DNA of 64,000 nucleotides from Balamuthia mandrillaris (taxonomy: Eukaryota): contig JAVKOQ020000057.1 of assembly GCA_031835245.2 (NCBI GenBank), forward strand, positions 62,001-126,000, read 5' to 3'. Of this stretch, positions 48,879 through 60,996 are shown one piece after another; within the stretch, counting starts at the first letter, position 1; each line of letters begins with the position of its first letter. A program made the translations under genes and the position numbers. The notes beneath the pieces are model-generated. The model was not told the origin of the DNA and did no database searches. It was given only the letters and a program-made list of their open reading frames with translations.

Positions 48879-51648
48879 ATGGGAGGAAGCTCCTTGCAAA
48901 AGGCTTGCATGGCGTGGATCGAGAAGAACCTCGACCTGGTGGAGGACCTCGGCATGCTGCCCGCAGAGCTGCTGGAGAACCTCATCCACTACATGATGCG
49001 CATCCGCAAGAAAGGCTCCCGGCGGTTGAGCGAGCACAACGCCGCCAAGCTGCTGCGCCACCGCACCTTGGCTCACGTGGACCTGGACGGCTTCTGGCTG
49101 ACCGACCTGCCCTTCCAAAACGTAGAGCTCCCTAACCTCCGTTCTCTCCAGTTGAAAGGGTACCTCGCTGCTACCTTTTTTTAAAAAAAAAAACAGTTGA
49201 TCGATCTTCTGTTCATTTTTAAACGGACGAAAGAACGCTGCATGTAGGGGATGCGTCCATGCAAATGGTGGCGGCGCGCTGCACTGCGTTGATGGACCTC
49301 AACATGAAGGGTAATGCTCTGTCGGACCTGGCCTTGGAAGCCTTGGCTGCTGGTTGTCCGCTCTTGCAGGTTTGACCTTCCTCTTCTTTGTTTCCTTTGT
49401 TTGCTGTTCTCTCTGTTTTCCCCTTTTCTCTTGTTCTCTCTCTCTCTCTCTCGTTCTCTTTCTTCTCTCTCTTATTCTCTCTTCTATCTTCTCTTGTGCT
49501 CCTTCCTTTCTCTTGTTCTCTCTTGCTCTCTTTCTCATGCTATCATTTCTCCCTTTTATTCTCTCGTTTGCTCTTCTCTTGTCTCTAACTCAGTTGCTAA
49601 ACAAAGAGAATCAAAGTCCAAAGCGGAAACAAGCAGAACGTCATCACTGACAAAGGTGTCAGCTTTCTTCTAAAAGGCTGCACCCAACTGCGAATGCTCA
49701 AACTGTACAGATGCCAAGAAGTTGATGCAGAAGCGGAACTGCTGGAAGCTCTCTCCGTTCATGCCAACAACTTGCAGATATTCTCTCTTGCTGGGAGCAA
49801 ACGCGCGGATCATCGGCTACTATTGGCGTTGAGCTCTTTACCGCGTCTTCAGTCATTGAAACTTAGCAAATGTAGTCGTCTCGTTATTGTTGAGACACAA
49901 AAACAAGAAGAAAGAGAAGAAGGGGTTGACGAAGAACGACGAACAGAAGGGAAGCAACAAACAAACGAAGTGGAGAAAGACAAAGAAAGGGAAAAAGAGG
50001 AGGACTTAGATAAAGACCAGACAACTTATTTTCCATCTTTGAAGATACTAAAGCTAGTGGATTGTGATAAGGTTTCATCTCTACGATTCCTTCTTGATAC
50101 GTCTTGCTTGAAGACAACACCAGCTGCTGCTAAATCTGCTTCTCCTTGTTCATCTTCATGTTCTTCTTCTTCTCTCACTATTGCTTTCGCTTCTGCTCTT
50201 TCTCCTCCTGCTGCCATAACAACGGCGATAATCAAACCAACAGAACCGAAGAACAATACGAAAAGCTTTCCGTCGCTTCGTCATATTTCTATAACTCGTT
50301 GCAACGGTATCAATGACGCAGCTCTTCTCCAAATCTTAACCTGGCTTCAACAACACTTAGTCTTTGCAAACAAAGAAGAAAAAGGCATCCTGGAACTAAA
50401 CGGCCTCAAAAGCATCACCAACAAATCCATCGATCCTCTTCTCGGCTCTTTCTCCACTTTTCTTTTCAACAACGAAAACAAAGAAGCACATGGCAATGAA
50501 GAAAACAAAAGAAGAATGAAAAATCTAAACATGACAGATCTTATTGTCAGCAAATGCCGAAGATTGCAGCAGTTGAACGCAGCTTTACCGACTTCACTTA
50601 CAAAGTTGGATCTCAGTTTCACAAAGCTCTCTTCCCTTCCCTTCTTGTTTCTCCACGAACAAAACTTTCACGGTGTCCACTTCTTCTTGAAACGTGCTGC
50701 TTCTTCCGTTAACCACCAAGATGACGAAGGAGAAGATACGCAAACAACAGCACCAACAAAGCAAACAGAAGAAGAAGACAAAAGGAAGAGAGAAGAAGAA
50801 CTTCGGCATCAATTTCCATTCTTATCCTTTTCTCCAACTGCTTCTCATCCTTTTATCATCTACTCTCATCTGCTCGACATCAACCTTTCGATGACTTCCA
50901 TCAACAACCCCTCTCTCTGTTGCCTCATCGCCAAATGTCCGAACGTGGAGCGTCTCTTTTTGGAGGATTGTAACGAATTGACGGACTTTGGGGTGGACTT
51001 TATCACGCCGAATCTTTCTCGCCTAAGAAAACTCAGCTTGAGGAAGTGCTATCGCATTCGATGTCCTGTTATTTGTTCGGAAAGTCTTAGTTTTTTGGGT
51101 ACAGTTCTTTTTTTTTTTCTTTCGTATGCTTTCTTTCGTTTTTCTCTTTTCTCTTTCTCCATATTTTCTTCTTCTGAATAGACTTTCACACAACAACATC
51201 AGACGTGGGATGGAGCTACATAAAAGCACCCACCATTCATTGCCCCAATCTCACCACATTGGATATATCCGCATGCGGCTGTTCTCCCCTCGTTTCCTGG
51301 ATGCAAGCCTTTGACTCTGCGTTCCTCTCCACAATGCAAGGCTGCCCCCGCCTTCGTTCTCTCTGGTTCACCGGGCCTTCCACCATCTCTGCTTCCACGC
51401 TTCGAACTTTCTTCTCTGCTTCTTCCTCATCTTCTTCATTAGAGTTGAGGGCGGTAAACTTTTCAGGGTTAACCGTTTTGGATGAGGAATTGTTGGAGAA
51501 CATCCTTTGGAGCTGCCCCAAGTTGAGCCGGTTCTTGTTGGACGATGCCTCAGGCGAGGTTTCGAAGGAGTTCATGGACTCGCTTCAGGCTCGCTATCCT
51601 TCCGTCATTCTTCGGTTCTTGCAAGCCCACTCGGCGCGCTCCTCGTGA
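48879..51648 (+). CDS. Cys-containing LRR protein (AMN1/FBXL/Rad7-like) with an N-terminal BC-box-like motif (multi-exon)
   Basis: SSLQKACMAWIEKNL...LGMLPAELL; CPNVERLFLEDCNELTDFG, LRKLSLRKC, CPNLTTLDISAC. Confidence 0.75.
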
Positions 51649-51970
51649 CAACTGCTCTTCGCTTTTGCCGCAACCATGAATCCGTGTCGACACGATGAAT
51701 ATTCGTGATAATTCTTGAAAATTTTGCTATTTTGTCAATTATTTCATCGGGTTTGATGAAAGAGATGCAGAAAATTCAAATATTTAATAACCGCAGCGAA
51801 AACTTTTCCCTTAATAATGCTAAATTAGATTCGTTTCTCGATAATTGTTGCTCACCCTATCCACAAAGCGGAATAATAATTAAGCGTGCTCCATTCACCC
51901 TATCAAAAAAAAAAATATCGGAGAATAGACAAAAGTTACGAAAGAAAGAAAGTTTTGCAATAACAAGGAC

Positions 51971-53944
51971 ATGATGGAGGCTCCTCTATCTTCTCCTTCT
52001 CCTTCTTCCTCTGACTCCGAAGCCGCTGCCTCTTCTTCTTCTTCCTCCTCGAAAAACCAACAGGAAGAAGAGAGAGAGCCAAGGGACTCTGAAGAAGAAG
52101 AAGAAAACGAAAGAGAGATTTTCAGAGCGAAAAAAAAGAACAAGAAGAAGAAAAAACAGCAGCAGCCACCACAAACCACAACCAAAGCGGCGAGTCGAAG
52201 CTTTGACTACGGCGCGCGAAGCTATCAACGAGGAGGTGGGGAGGAGGAAGAGGAGGAGGGCCAACGTTGGCTTCATGGACAGAGGAGATCGGCGATGCAC
52301 CGACGCAGCCTGCAGGTGGAGGAGGAGGAGGAGGAGGAGGAAGAAACGGTGGGAGAGAGCTTTCGGCGGAGGAACCATGGCAAAAGATGGTCCGCTGGTC
52401 ACCACCGTGACAGTCGTTTCTATGAAGGGAGAGAAGAAGAAGAAGGACCCGGTAAGTTGCTTTTCTGCTTCTCTCGTCTCTCTTCTCTGCTTCTCTCCTC
52501 TCTTCTCTCCTCTCTTCTCTGCTTCTCTGCTTCTCGGCTCCTCTCTCTTCTATGCTTCTCTTAGTTTTTACAAAGACGTAAACTTACGAAAATAATAAAA
52601 CCGTAAAGGACCTGGCACAACTCTGTTTGGAATAAAACCGTGGAACAACATTCGAGCCTCCTCTTCCTCTTTTAGTGAACCGACCACCAGCTCTTCGGGT
52701 TCGTTTTTTTGTCTCTTTCGTCATATCTCTCCTCTCTCGTTCTCCCTCTCCTCATTTTGTTCTTTGCTTCGTATCAAACAAACAAACAAACCAACGAATT
52801 AGACTCGTTGGTAATGGTGAGCAATGTGGCATGGTTGTTGGTGTTTGGATGGATGGCGAGCGGAGCCTACTTCCTTATCGGCGCTTTTCTCTTTTGTACG
52901 GTTGTGGCTCGGCCGTATGCCTATCTCTGTTTTGACCTCGCTCGTTACTATCTCTGGCCCTTTGGAAAATACATTCTCGTATGTCCTTTCCTCCCATCAT
53001 TCTTTCTTTATTTCTGGTTGTTAACCACAAATGCAGAGACGTTCACAAAGGACTTCAGCAACTTCGATCCGCCCTTTAGTAGCTCATCACAACACTGAGG
53101 GAAACGACGAGGATGACGATGAAGCAAGTTTAAGAGAGGAAGCCTCTTATTTGGTGGGATCGGACGCCTCGTCGACTTCAAAGAAAACCAACAACAATGA
53201 CTACAGAAGCTTTGCTTATTCTGCCTATGTATCTTCTGGCTTTCCTTTCTCCGTTCTTCTTTCCTCCTTGTTCTTCTCCTAAACTTACTTTATTCCTTTT
53301 ATTTGAATTAACAGACAGGACCAAGCGATCAACTCACAAGCTACAGAACCAAACCTTCATATCCAAAAGCAGCCACTGTTCTTTGGTATATTTTTGGTTA
53401 GTTTTTCCTCTTTACGTATTCGTCCTTCCTTTTTGTTTGCTCGCTCTCATGCATGCAATTATCACCATACGCAGTTCCCTTGCTTGCATTGATGCACATC
53501 GTGACTATGTGTATATGTTGGATGATCGTTGTATTTATTCCGATGGCCAAGGTTCTTTTATTTTAACTATTGCCTATTTTTTGTCCAGTGGCTGACCCTT
53601 TCCCTGCTATTCTTCTTTTTAGCTGAACAAGAACGCAATCATGTTGCTCTTTCAAAACCCACTGGACACCAGAGTGAGCGACTCTCCCTCCGGTAACATC
53701 GTTATGTGCACCTACCAAGCCGGCTCCTATCGCTATTATAAGTACAATGCCATCGGCTTCAACGTCATTCTCCTCAACTTGCTCTCCTTTGTGGTCATCT
53801 CTTTGATAGTGGGCTACGTGCTGCCTCACCGCATGCAGCCTAGCCCCATCATCCTGTTCTGCACTTCGATCCTGTCTATTATCCCATTGGCTTATTATAT
53901 CGGCATGGCGGTCGCTAGGTTCGTTCATTTCATTGTTTAAAAAT

Positions 53945-53987
<43 letters not shown>

Positions 53988-54338
53988 CTCATGATGGTAT
54001 GGAATAATGAGCTAACCAAACAATAACATAGTATCGCCGCTCAAACCAACTTTGCGATAGGAGCGATGCTGAACGCGATGTTTGGGGTAAGCATAGAGAT
54101 TATACTTTATGGAATGGCCATCATGGAAGGTGGCCTCACTGATCTGATCCAAGCTGGAGTGTTGGGTTTGTCCCATTTCCATTTTCTTTGCCTTCTCGTT
54201 TTCTTTACTGTATACGTTTGAACATATTTGACAACTATTTTTTTTATAGGTTCGTTGCTTGGCGATCTTTTGCTTCTTCCTGGACTTTCAATGGTACTGC
54301 TTCTCTCTTTCTTTCTCTCGCTCTCACTCTCGCTCTCG

Positions 54339-54383
<45 letters not shown>

Positions 54384-55715
54384 CATTTCTGTTTGTTCAT
54401 CTTCTGTATTATAGATAGCCGGTGGCATAAAGTACAAAGAACAAAAGTTCAGTCCTGCTGCAGCTGGCGTTAGCAGCGTTCTTCTTATTATTTCTGTTAT
54501 TGGTACCTCTCTCGCTCTCTCTCTACTTGTCTCTACTAATATACCAACAAACAAACCAGGTGTGTTCACTCCGACAATCTTTTGGGGAATATCAGGAGAG
54601 TTTGCTTTTGACTGTAATGACTGTGAACCTATGAACGCGACTAAAGCGGACTCGCCGCTAACCTGTCGAAGTTGCGTATTCCTGAAGGTGGATTACGGTA
54701 AAAGTGAAGATTACCTTGATCGTGCACGGTATTGTTCTCGCTGTCTGCACTTCCTTCGTAGAAGTTTCTTTGTTTAACTTTTTACCCCTGGTAAAAAGGC
54801 CGTTAATGTATACTTGTGCTGCTGTTTTGCCGATTGCTTACTTGGTTGGATTGTTGTTCACGCTGAAGACTCACAGCTTTCTCTTCGACAACGTGAACGA
54901 AGAGGAGGGAGGGCACGACAATCCGGGGTGGTCTAAGCTCAAAGCGATTGCCATTTTGCTCTGCTCCGTCACTTTGTTTGCTCTCATCTCCGAGAAAGCA
55001 ATAGAGGTTTGTTTTTTTTTCTGTCTCTTTAGCTTAAAAAAAAAGTTTGTTTATTCACTTTTCATCGCTGTGGGCAAACAACAGGCGATAGAACCAGCCC
55101 TAGAGTCGTTGGGAATAGAACAAATATTCGCTGGTATAACGATTATGGCGTTGGTGCCCAGTACCGCTGAGGTTAGTGTTGAACGTGCCTCGTTCATTCT
55201 TTCCACCATCCATGCTCATTCTCTATTGTGATATCATCTTCTATCAGTACGTTAATGCGATTGGCTTTGCATTGAAAAACAACGTTGCTCTTTCTCTGGA
55301 AATTGGTGCCACTAGCGCCGTTCAGGTATATCTTTCTCTCTTCTCCTGTCCTCTCGTTTGCTCATTCTCCTCTCAAAAACAAAATAGATTGCTCTGATAA
55401 TGGTTCCAGTTTTGGTTGGCTTTTCTGGATTGGTGCCTTTCTCCCCTTCTTCCCTCCTTCTTATCTTTTCCCCCTTTTTTAACTTTCTTATCCTCCACAA
55501 TAAAGTACCACCATGGCTCGCCGGACAACTCGATGACGCTGATCTTCCCTTCATTCGCCTTCTTCGCTATCATAATGAGCGTCCTCATCATCAACTACAT
55601 CTCCATCGAAGGCAAGGCAAACTACTTCAAGGGCGTCGCTTTGGTCGTTTGTTACGTTCTCTTCATCGCTGCGTTCTATTTCACGTCTGTTCGTGGAAGT
55701 CACGTTCGTCACTGA
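51971..55715 (+). CDS. Vnx1/CAX-type cation/H+ exchanger with YccF-like domain (multi-exon)
   Basis: NVAWLLVFGW...YYLWPFGK, YYKYNAIGFNV, IIPLAYYIGMAVA, AIGAMLNAMFG, GSLLGDLLLLPG, FTLKTH, NAIGFALKNN, GKANYFKG. Confidence 0.9.
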
Positions 55716-55762
55716 AACGTTAAGTTTTCTTTTGCAAGTTATAAAATATTTAATATTTTTTG

Positions 55763-57470
55763 TCATTCCTTTCTTTCTTTGCCTTTGCTTTTTTCTTCTT
55801 CCATTCCATCTTCAGCAGTGTCGTTCTCAGGCTCCATGAGAAGCACTTGCCTCTCCAAAAACGCAGCCCTTTCTTCTTCCACTCCCTCAAACAGCTCCTT
55901 GTGATTTGCTATCAATATCTTCATCACGTGATATCCCCCCACTCCTTCGTACAATCCGTAGGTTGACGAGCTCTCCAACGAAGAGGAGGTTGGCAGCTTG
56001 GAACGAAGTAAATTGGGACCAACCAACAAGCCGAGGTTGTCGACGTTCATCAAGTTGCGGCGCCGCAATGAAGCCACCTCGAAGAGGAGCACGAGGATGT
56101 GATGCAACGCGAACCGATGTAACGGAGGCATTCGAGCAATGACGCCGCGTATCACTTCAGTGGGTTGAGGGGCTTCCGTGCTGGCCATGCACTCGTGATA
56201 GAGGTCCCATGGGATGAGAGGTTCTGGCATCGTACGAAGCCAGTATTTGAGGGTGCTTGCGAGGAGGTGAGGGTCGGTTGCTTCGTTGGCCCAATTTATA
56301 TCTTGTCCTGATTTTTAGTTTTGAAGTTAGTCCAATAAGAAAGGAAAGGAAGGAAGAGACAACAAGAGATAGACCAGAATCAATAGATTGACAAATTTCC
56401 TTGACTCTGGTGGCGGAGCCGTTCACCCTAAACAACCCAGTTGCACACAATATCTTTTCGTTACTCAGCATGTAGTCGATTAGTTCCTGAAATGGTTTTG
56501 GCATGAAATAGCCTTTATGTCTCGGCCTCTGCATTACTTCGTTCAATGACAGACCACAAACTATGAAAGAAAGTGTGCAACAAAGACAGATCGTAAGAAA
56601 CGATGAAAGAGGACGATGAGAGAGAACTTACTTTTGAGCTTTTTGGAAGTGGTAGATAGAGAACTCAAAAGGTCGCGTAACCGATCACGTTCTTCGGTGT
56701 TGGGGAGGACCATTTTCCATAGCGTGCCGTCCGTCATTTCCAATCGTAACGTTTTGCCATCTAGTTGAGTCGGTAGTGTTTGTTCTTTTTCATTTATCAT
56801 TAGTAAAAGAAGACAGATAAATTATCAAAAGGTACCTTCTTCACAAGGAGTTAATAGTACACGTTCATTGATTTGATGAAATCGAATTAGACCGACGCAA
56901 CTAAACGTTTCGCTAAAGAAGTCCAAGTAACGGCTGGCGAGCACCAGTACGTCGTTGAACAGGAAGTAAAAGTGGCATTTAGGTTGTTGCTGATAAAGTC
57001 GCACATATGATACATCATTGGGATGAGGGGTTGAAGAGAGAACGTTTTGCAGGAGAAAGAAAGATCCTTTGAGCAATTCCTTTCTGTTGGGAACTACCAA
57101 CTTGAATCCAGCGTCAAGTGTTTGCTGGTTGTTGTAGGAAGGAGTGAACCAATAGAAAAGAAAAGAAAAGAGAAGAGAACGATGAAGAGAGAGAAATAGT
57201 AAAGCTATCAAAGCACAGAAAGATACTTTTGCAGAAATTGTGAACTTGGCATCTAATTCAAGGAGATATAGTTGTTCAGCCGCTGTAACTCGCGCTGCCT
57301 CAACAGCGTCGCTAAGTTGGTTTAGTTGCTGTAAAAGCGATCGCAATTCTCCTTGTTGCGGTGCAGAAAGTTCAGCTAGGAGCTGCTGTTCAAGTTTCTG
57401 GTCAAGAAGACGAACAACACGAGGAGGAAAAAAGTGAGTATTTGATGAATGATAGAGACCTTGAGCGAGA

Positions 57471-57517
<47 letters not shown>

Positions 57518-57943
57518 ACATTAAAGAAATGTAAATATACAGAAATACGACCGTGTGAAAGTGTAAGCAAGGAAGACAGTGTGCACTGTGCATAGGATTC
57601 TATTTTCTGTTCATTTGTTGAGAAGAAGAAAAAGGAGAAGAAAAAGAAGAACAAGAATGAATGAAGAATACGAGGACGAAGACAAAGAAGTTTTAGAGTT
57701 AGATTGGTAGCGCGATGATCAACAAAATGAAGTACAAACTGCAATAAACAGCTGAAAGTTTCTAGACTTGTTCTTAGACCTCTGCAGAGCTCTCAGCCCA
57801 ATGGGTGATTGTTTCACAACAGCCAAAAACTCATTAAACTGAGACAGCTATGTTGTGGTTTTGTTGTTGAAAAAAAATGTTCAGCATTGTGTAACGTGAA
57901 AAGAACCATACAAAAATAAAAAGGAGAAAGAAGGAAAGAAGGA

Positions 57944-58031
<88 letters not shown>

Positions 58032-58065
58032 AACGACAAGAAAGAAACGACAAGAAAGAAACGAC

Positions 58066-58101
<36 letters not shown>

Positions 58102-58711
58102 AACGACAAGAAAGAAAGAAAGAAACGACAAGAAAGAAACGACAAGAAAGAAACGACAAGAAAGGAAACGACAAGAAACGACAAGAAAGAAAGAAACGAC
58201 AAGAAAGAAAGAAAGAAACGACAAGAAAGAAAGAAAGAAACGACAAGAAAGAAACGACAAGAAAGAAACGACAAGAAAGAAACGACAAGAAAGAAACGAC
58301 AAGAAACGAAACAAAAATGAAAGAAGTAGAACGCTACCAAAAGAGAAAAAGAAGGCAAAAGAGAGTCCACCCAAGCTTTCTCCTCTCGGCAGATCGATAA
58401 CGCTTGCAGCACCTCCACATGTAGCTTGTGCAGCTCTTCCACCTTGAAGAAAATGGTCGACAGCTCTGCGACACCAACTTTGTTCCTCAGTTTTGTGCTT
58501 TCTTTTGCTGGTCGCCAAAAAGCCTTTTGTTATTGTTAGTGCTGTTGAATTCGATGACCAAAAGGAGAGAGAGAGGAAAAAAATAGAATAAATGGTGTAC
58601 CCGAATGAGAAGAGCGAGACTTTCTCCATAGGCACCTTCGTCCGCGATGACTTCATTCAGCAACTGCCGAAAGAGGCGGGTTGCGTCGCTTGTTTCTTCT
58701 ACTCCATTCAT
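55763..58711 (-). CDS. RhoGEF (DH)-PH-RhoGAP protein (multi-exon)
   Basis: LLNEVIADEGAYGESL (DH start); YFLFNDVLVLA and EERDRL (PH); GLFRVNG, PEPLIP, NLMNVDNLGLLVGPNLL (RhoGAP). Confidence 0.8.
57925..58310. repeat. (GAAA)n / GAAACGACAA compound intronic microsatellite
   Basis: Directly visible. Confidence 0.9.
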
Positions 58712-58894
58712 TTTCTCTTTTCTTCTTTTGCCTGAAAGCAAAATATTCGTGACGACATGAATTAAATTCACGTCGACACGACATGCACTAGCTTCCCGTC
58801 GACACGACACAATTGTCGACGCAATTCCGTTCTGGTGAAATTTCCAGTGTTCCCGCCTTTTTTTTTTCCTTTTTCGCCAAACAAAAAAAAAAGG

Positions 58895-60841
58895 ATGAAC
58901 AGTCATGAAGAGGACATCTGGGTATCGGACGAGGAGGAGGAGGAGGAGGAGGAGGAGGACGGCGTCGATGAGCAGGACAGCGAAACTGCGGGCAAATGGA
59001 TCCAAAGGAAGAAAGAGCTGACCGCCTTGCCTGGCGGCGTGGCCCCTTCGGAGCTGGCCTCTTTCACTCGGGTCGACTTTTGCAAAAACCGGCTGACCTC
59101 GCTGCCTTCGGAGATCCTTTGCCAGTTGACCGCCGTGACCTCTTTGGCCATCGCGGGCAACTGCCTGGACAGTTTACCCCCCGAGATGGGTTGCATGACC
59201 TCCCTGACTAATCTGAACCTCACCTGCAACCGGCTGGCCGCTCTCCCTTGCGAGCTGGGCCAGCTTAGCAACCTCACCGTCTGCTACTTGGGGCTCAACC
59301 ATCTGCGCGAGCTGCCCAAAGAGATCGGACTGCTGACGAAGCTCACGCACCTCTACCTTCATGGAAACCTGCTCTCGGCAGTGCCTGAGGCGTTTGGTGG
59401 CCTCTCCTCTCTGGCCCACTGTGACCTTACCGGCAACCAACTGACCTCTCTGCCAGACTCGTTTGGCCAGCTGTCCTCCCTCGTCTTTCTCAACGTGCAC
59501 AACAACCGTCTTACAAGCCTCTCTCCTCTTGCCATCTCGGGGTTGCGCTCTCTGCAAAAGCTGTTCCTCTCGCAGAACCTGCTGAGTACGTTGCCAGAGG
59601 AATTGAGCTCCTCTCTGAGCAGTCTCATCCACTTGGACCTCATGCATAACCGCCTGACGGAGCTGCCCGAGAACTTTGGGTGCAACCTGAACGCTCTTAC
59701 CCACTGCCACCTTTCCTCTAACCAGCTAACCGCGCTGCCCAACGCCCTTTGCTGGACCATGCCCCTTCTTAAAGCACTCTACCTGGACGACAACAAGCTG
59801 ACCGCTCTCCCCGAGGACTTTTGTCGTATGAGCCAGCTTAAGCATTGCAGCCTTCCCAAGAACCGCTTGACTAGCTTGCCATCCGACTGGTGCAAGCTTC
59901 ACAAGCTTAACTACTGCGACGTGTCCAACAACCGCTTGACTAGCTTGCCATCAGACTTCTGCAAGCTTAGCAATCTCTACTACTGCGATGTGTCCAAGAA
60001 CCGCTTGGCTAGCTTGCCATCCGACTGGTGCAGGTTTCACAGGCTCGACTACTGCGACGTGTCCGAGAACCGACTGGCAGGGCTACCACCTCAACTTCAC
60101 GTCCTGTTCTCCGCCTTCTCTGGCTTTCATGAACTGCAGGTCCGGGTGAGCAGGGACCCGGTGACCACTCCCTTACCGACCCCTGGCTCCTCGTCCACCC
60201 CCAACAACAACGCCTTTGCCAATGCGCTCAGAGAGCGTGCCGTACAGGCAGAACAGAGTAGAGGGCGCTACAAAAGGTTGTGTGGTCACTGGAGGGATAC
60301 ACCGCCCAACAAGCCACGCGATTTGTTGTGGCTGTGCGCAGAGGCCGTTGCGAAGAATCGCCTGGTGACCTGCTTGCCTCCTCTTCCTCCTTTGACCTTC
60401 TCCTTCCTTGCTGAAGCGGAAGAACCAGAACTAGAAATAGAGGAAGAAAAGAATCAGGAAAAAGAACAAGAAGAGGAGAAGTTAGAAGAAGAGGATTGGT
60501 TGTTGTACCTGCCAGAGGACGTAGTGGAGATGCTAAAGACTTGTCGCATTCGCTGTGATGTCTGTGGAAAGTACTGCATGTTCTGCCAGAGAAAAGATAG
60601 TCACGATGACAGGAAGCGGTGGCATTGGGATGTGGATCGAAAGGTGTGGTGGGAGCTTAGGTGTTGCAGCAAAGCGTGTGCGAAACGACCATTGCTACCA
60701 TCGCTAAGAGATCGTTATGGTCTGGAGGCACAACATCAACGACAACAAGAACAAGAACAAGAACAAGAACAAGAACAAGAACAACAAGAACAAGAACAAG
60801 AACAAGGGGTAGCTGAAAAGGTTGAAGTTAGAAGCAATTGA
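58895..60841 (+). CDS. Intronless LRR protein (about 15 repeats of about 23 aa) with a C-terminal BC-box-like and Cys-rich region (LRRC58-like layout)
   Basis: LxxLxLxxNxLxxLPxxFG repeats; PRDLLWLCAEAV...LPEDVVEML...CDVCGKYC...CCSKAC. Confidence 0.85.
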   Translation: MNSHEEDIWVSDEEEEEEEEEDGVDEQDSETAGKWIQRKKELTALPGGVAPSELASFTRVDFCKNRLTSLPSEILCQLTAVTSLAIAGNCLDSLPPEMGCMTSLTNLNLTCNRLAALPCELGQLSNLTVCYLGLNHLRELPKEIGLLTKLTHLYLHGNLLSAVPEAFGGLSSLAHCDLTGNQLTSLPDSFGQLSSLVFLNVHNNRLTSLSPLAISGLRSLQKLFLSQNLLSTLPEELSSSLSSLIHLDLMHNRLTELPENFGCNLNALTHCHLSSNQLTALPNALCWTMPLLKALYLDDNKLTALPEDFCRMSQLKHCSLPKNRLTSLPSDWCKLHKLNYCDVSNNRLTSLPSDFCKLSNLYYCDVSKNRLASLPSDWCRFHRLDYCDVSENRLAGLPPQLHVLFSAFSGFHELQVRVSRDPVTTPLPTPGSSSTPNNNAFANALRERAVQAEQSRGRYKRLCGHWRDTPPNKPRDLLWLCAEAVAKNRLVTCLPPLPPLTFSFLAEAEEPELEIEEEKNQEKEQEEEKLEEEDWLLYLPEDVVEMLKTCRIRCDVCGKYCMFCQRKDSHDDRKRWHWDVDRKVWWELRCCSKACAKRPLLPSLRDRYGLEAQHQRQQEQEQEQEQEQEQQEQEQEQGVAEKVEVRSN

Positions 60842-60996
60842 TGGTTTGTTGTTCTTTCATTGTTCTGTTATTGCTGATTTCTCCGTTCGCTCTTCTTCTT
60901 TAGAAGAAGAAGAGGAGGAAGGTAATGCATCACTTTCTATCTTTTCGCTTTCGGTCGTTGTTGCAAACCCTGGCCTTTGCCTATTTAAAAAATGGT

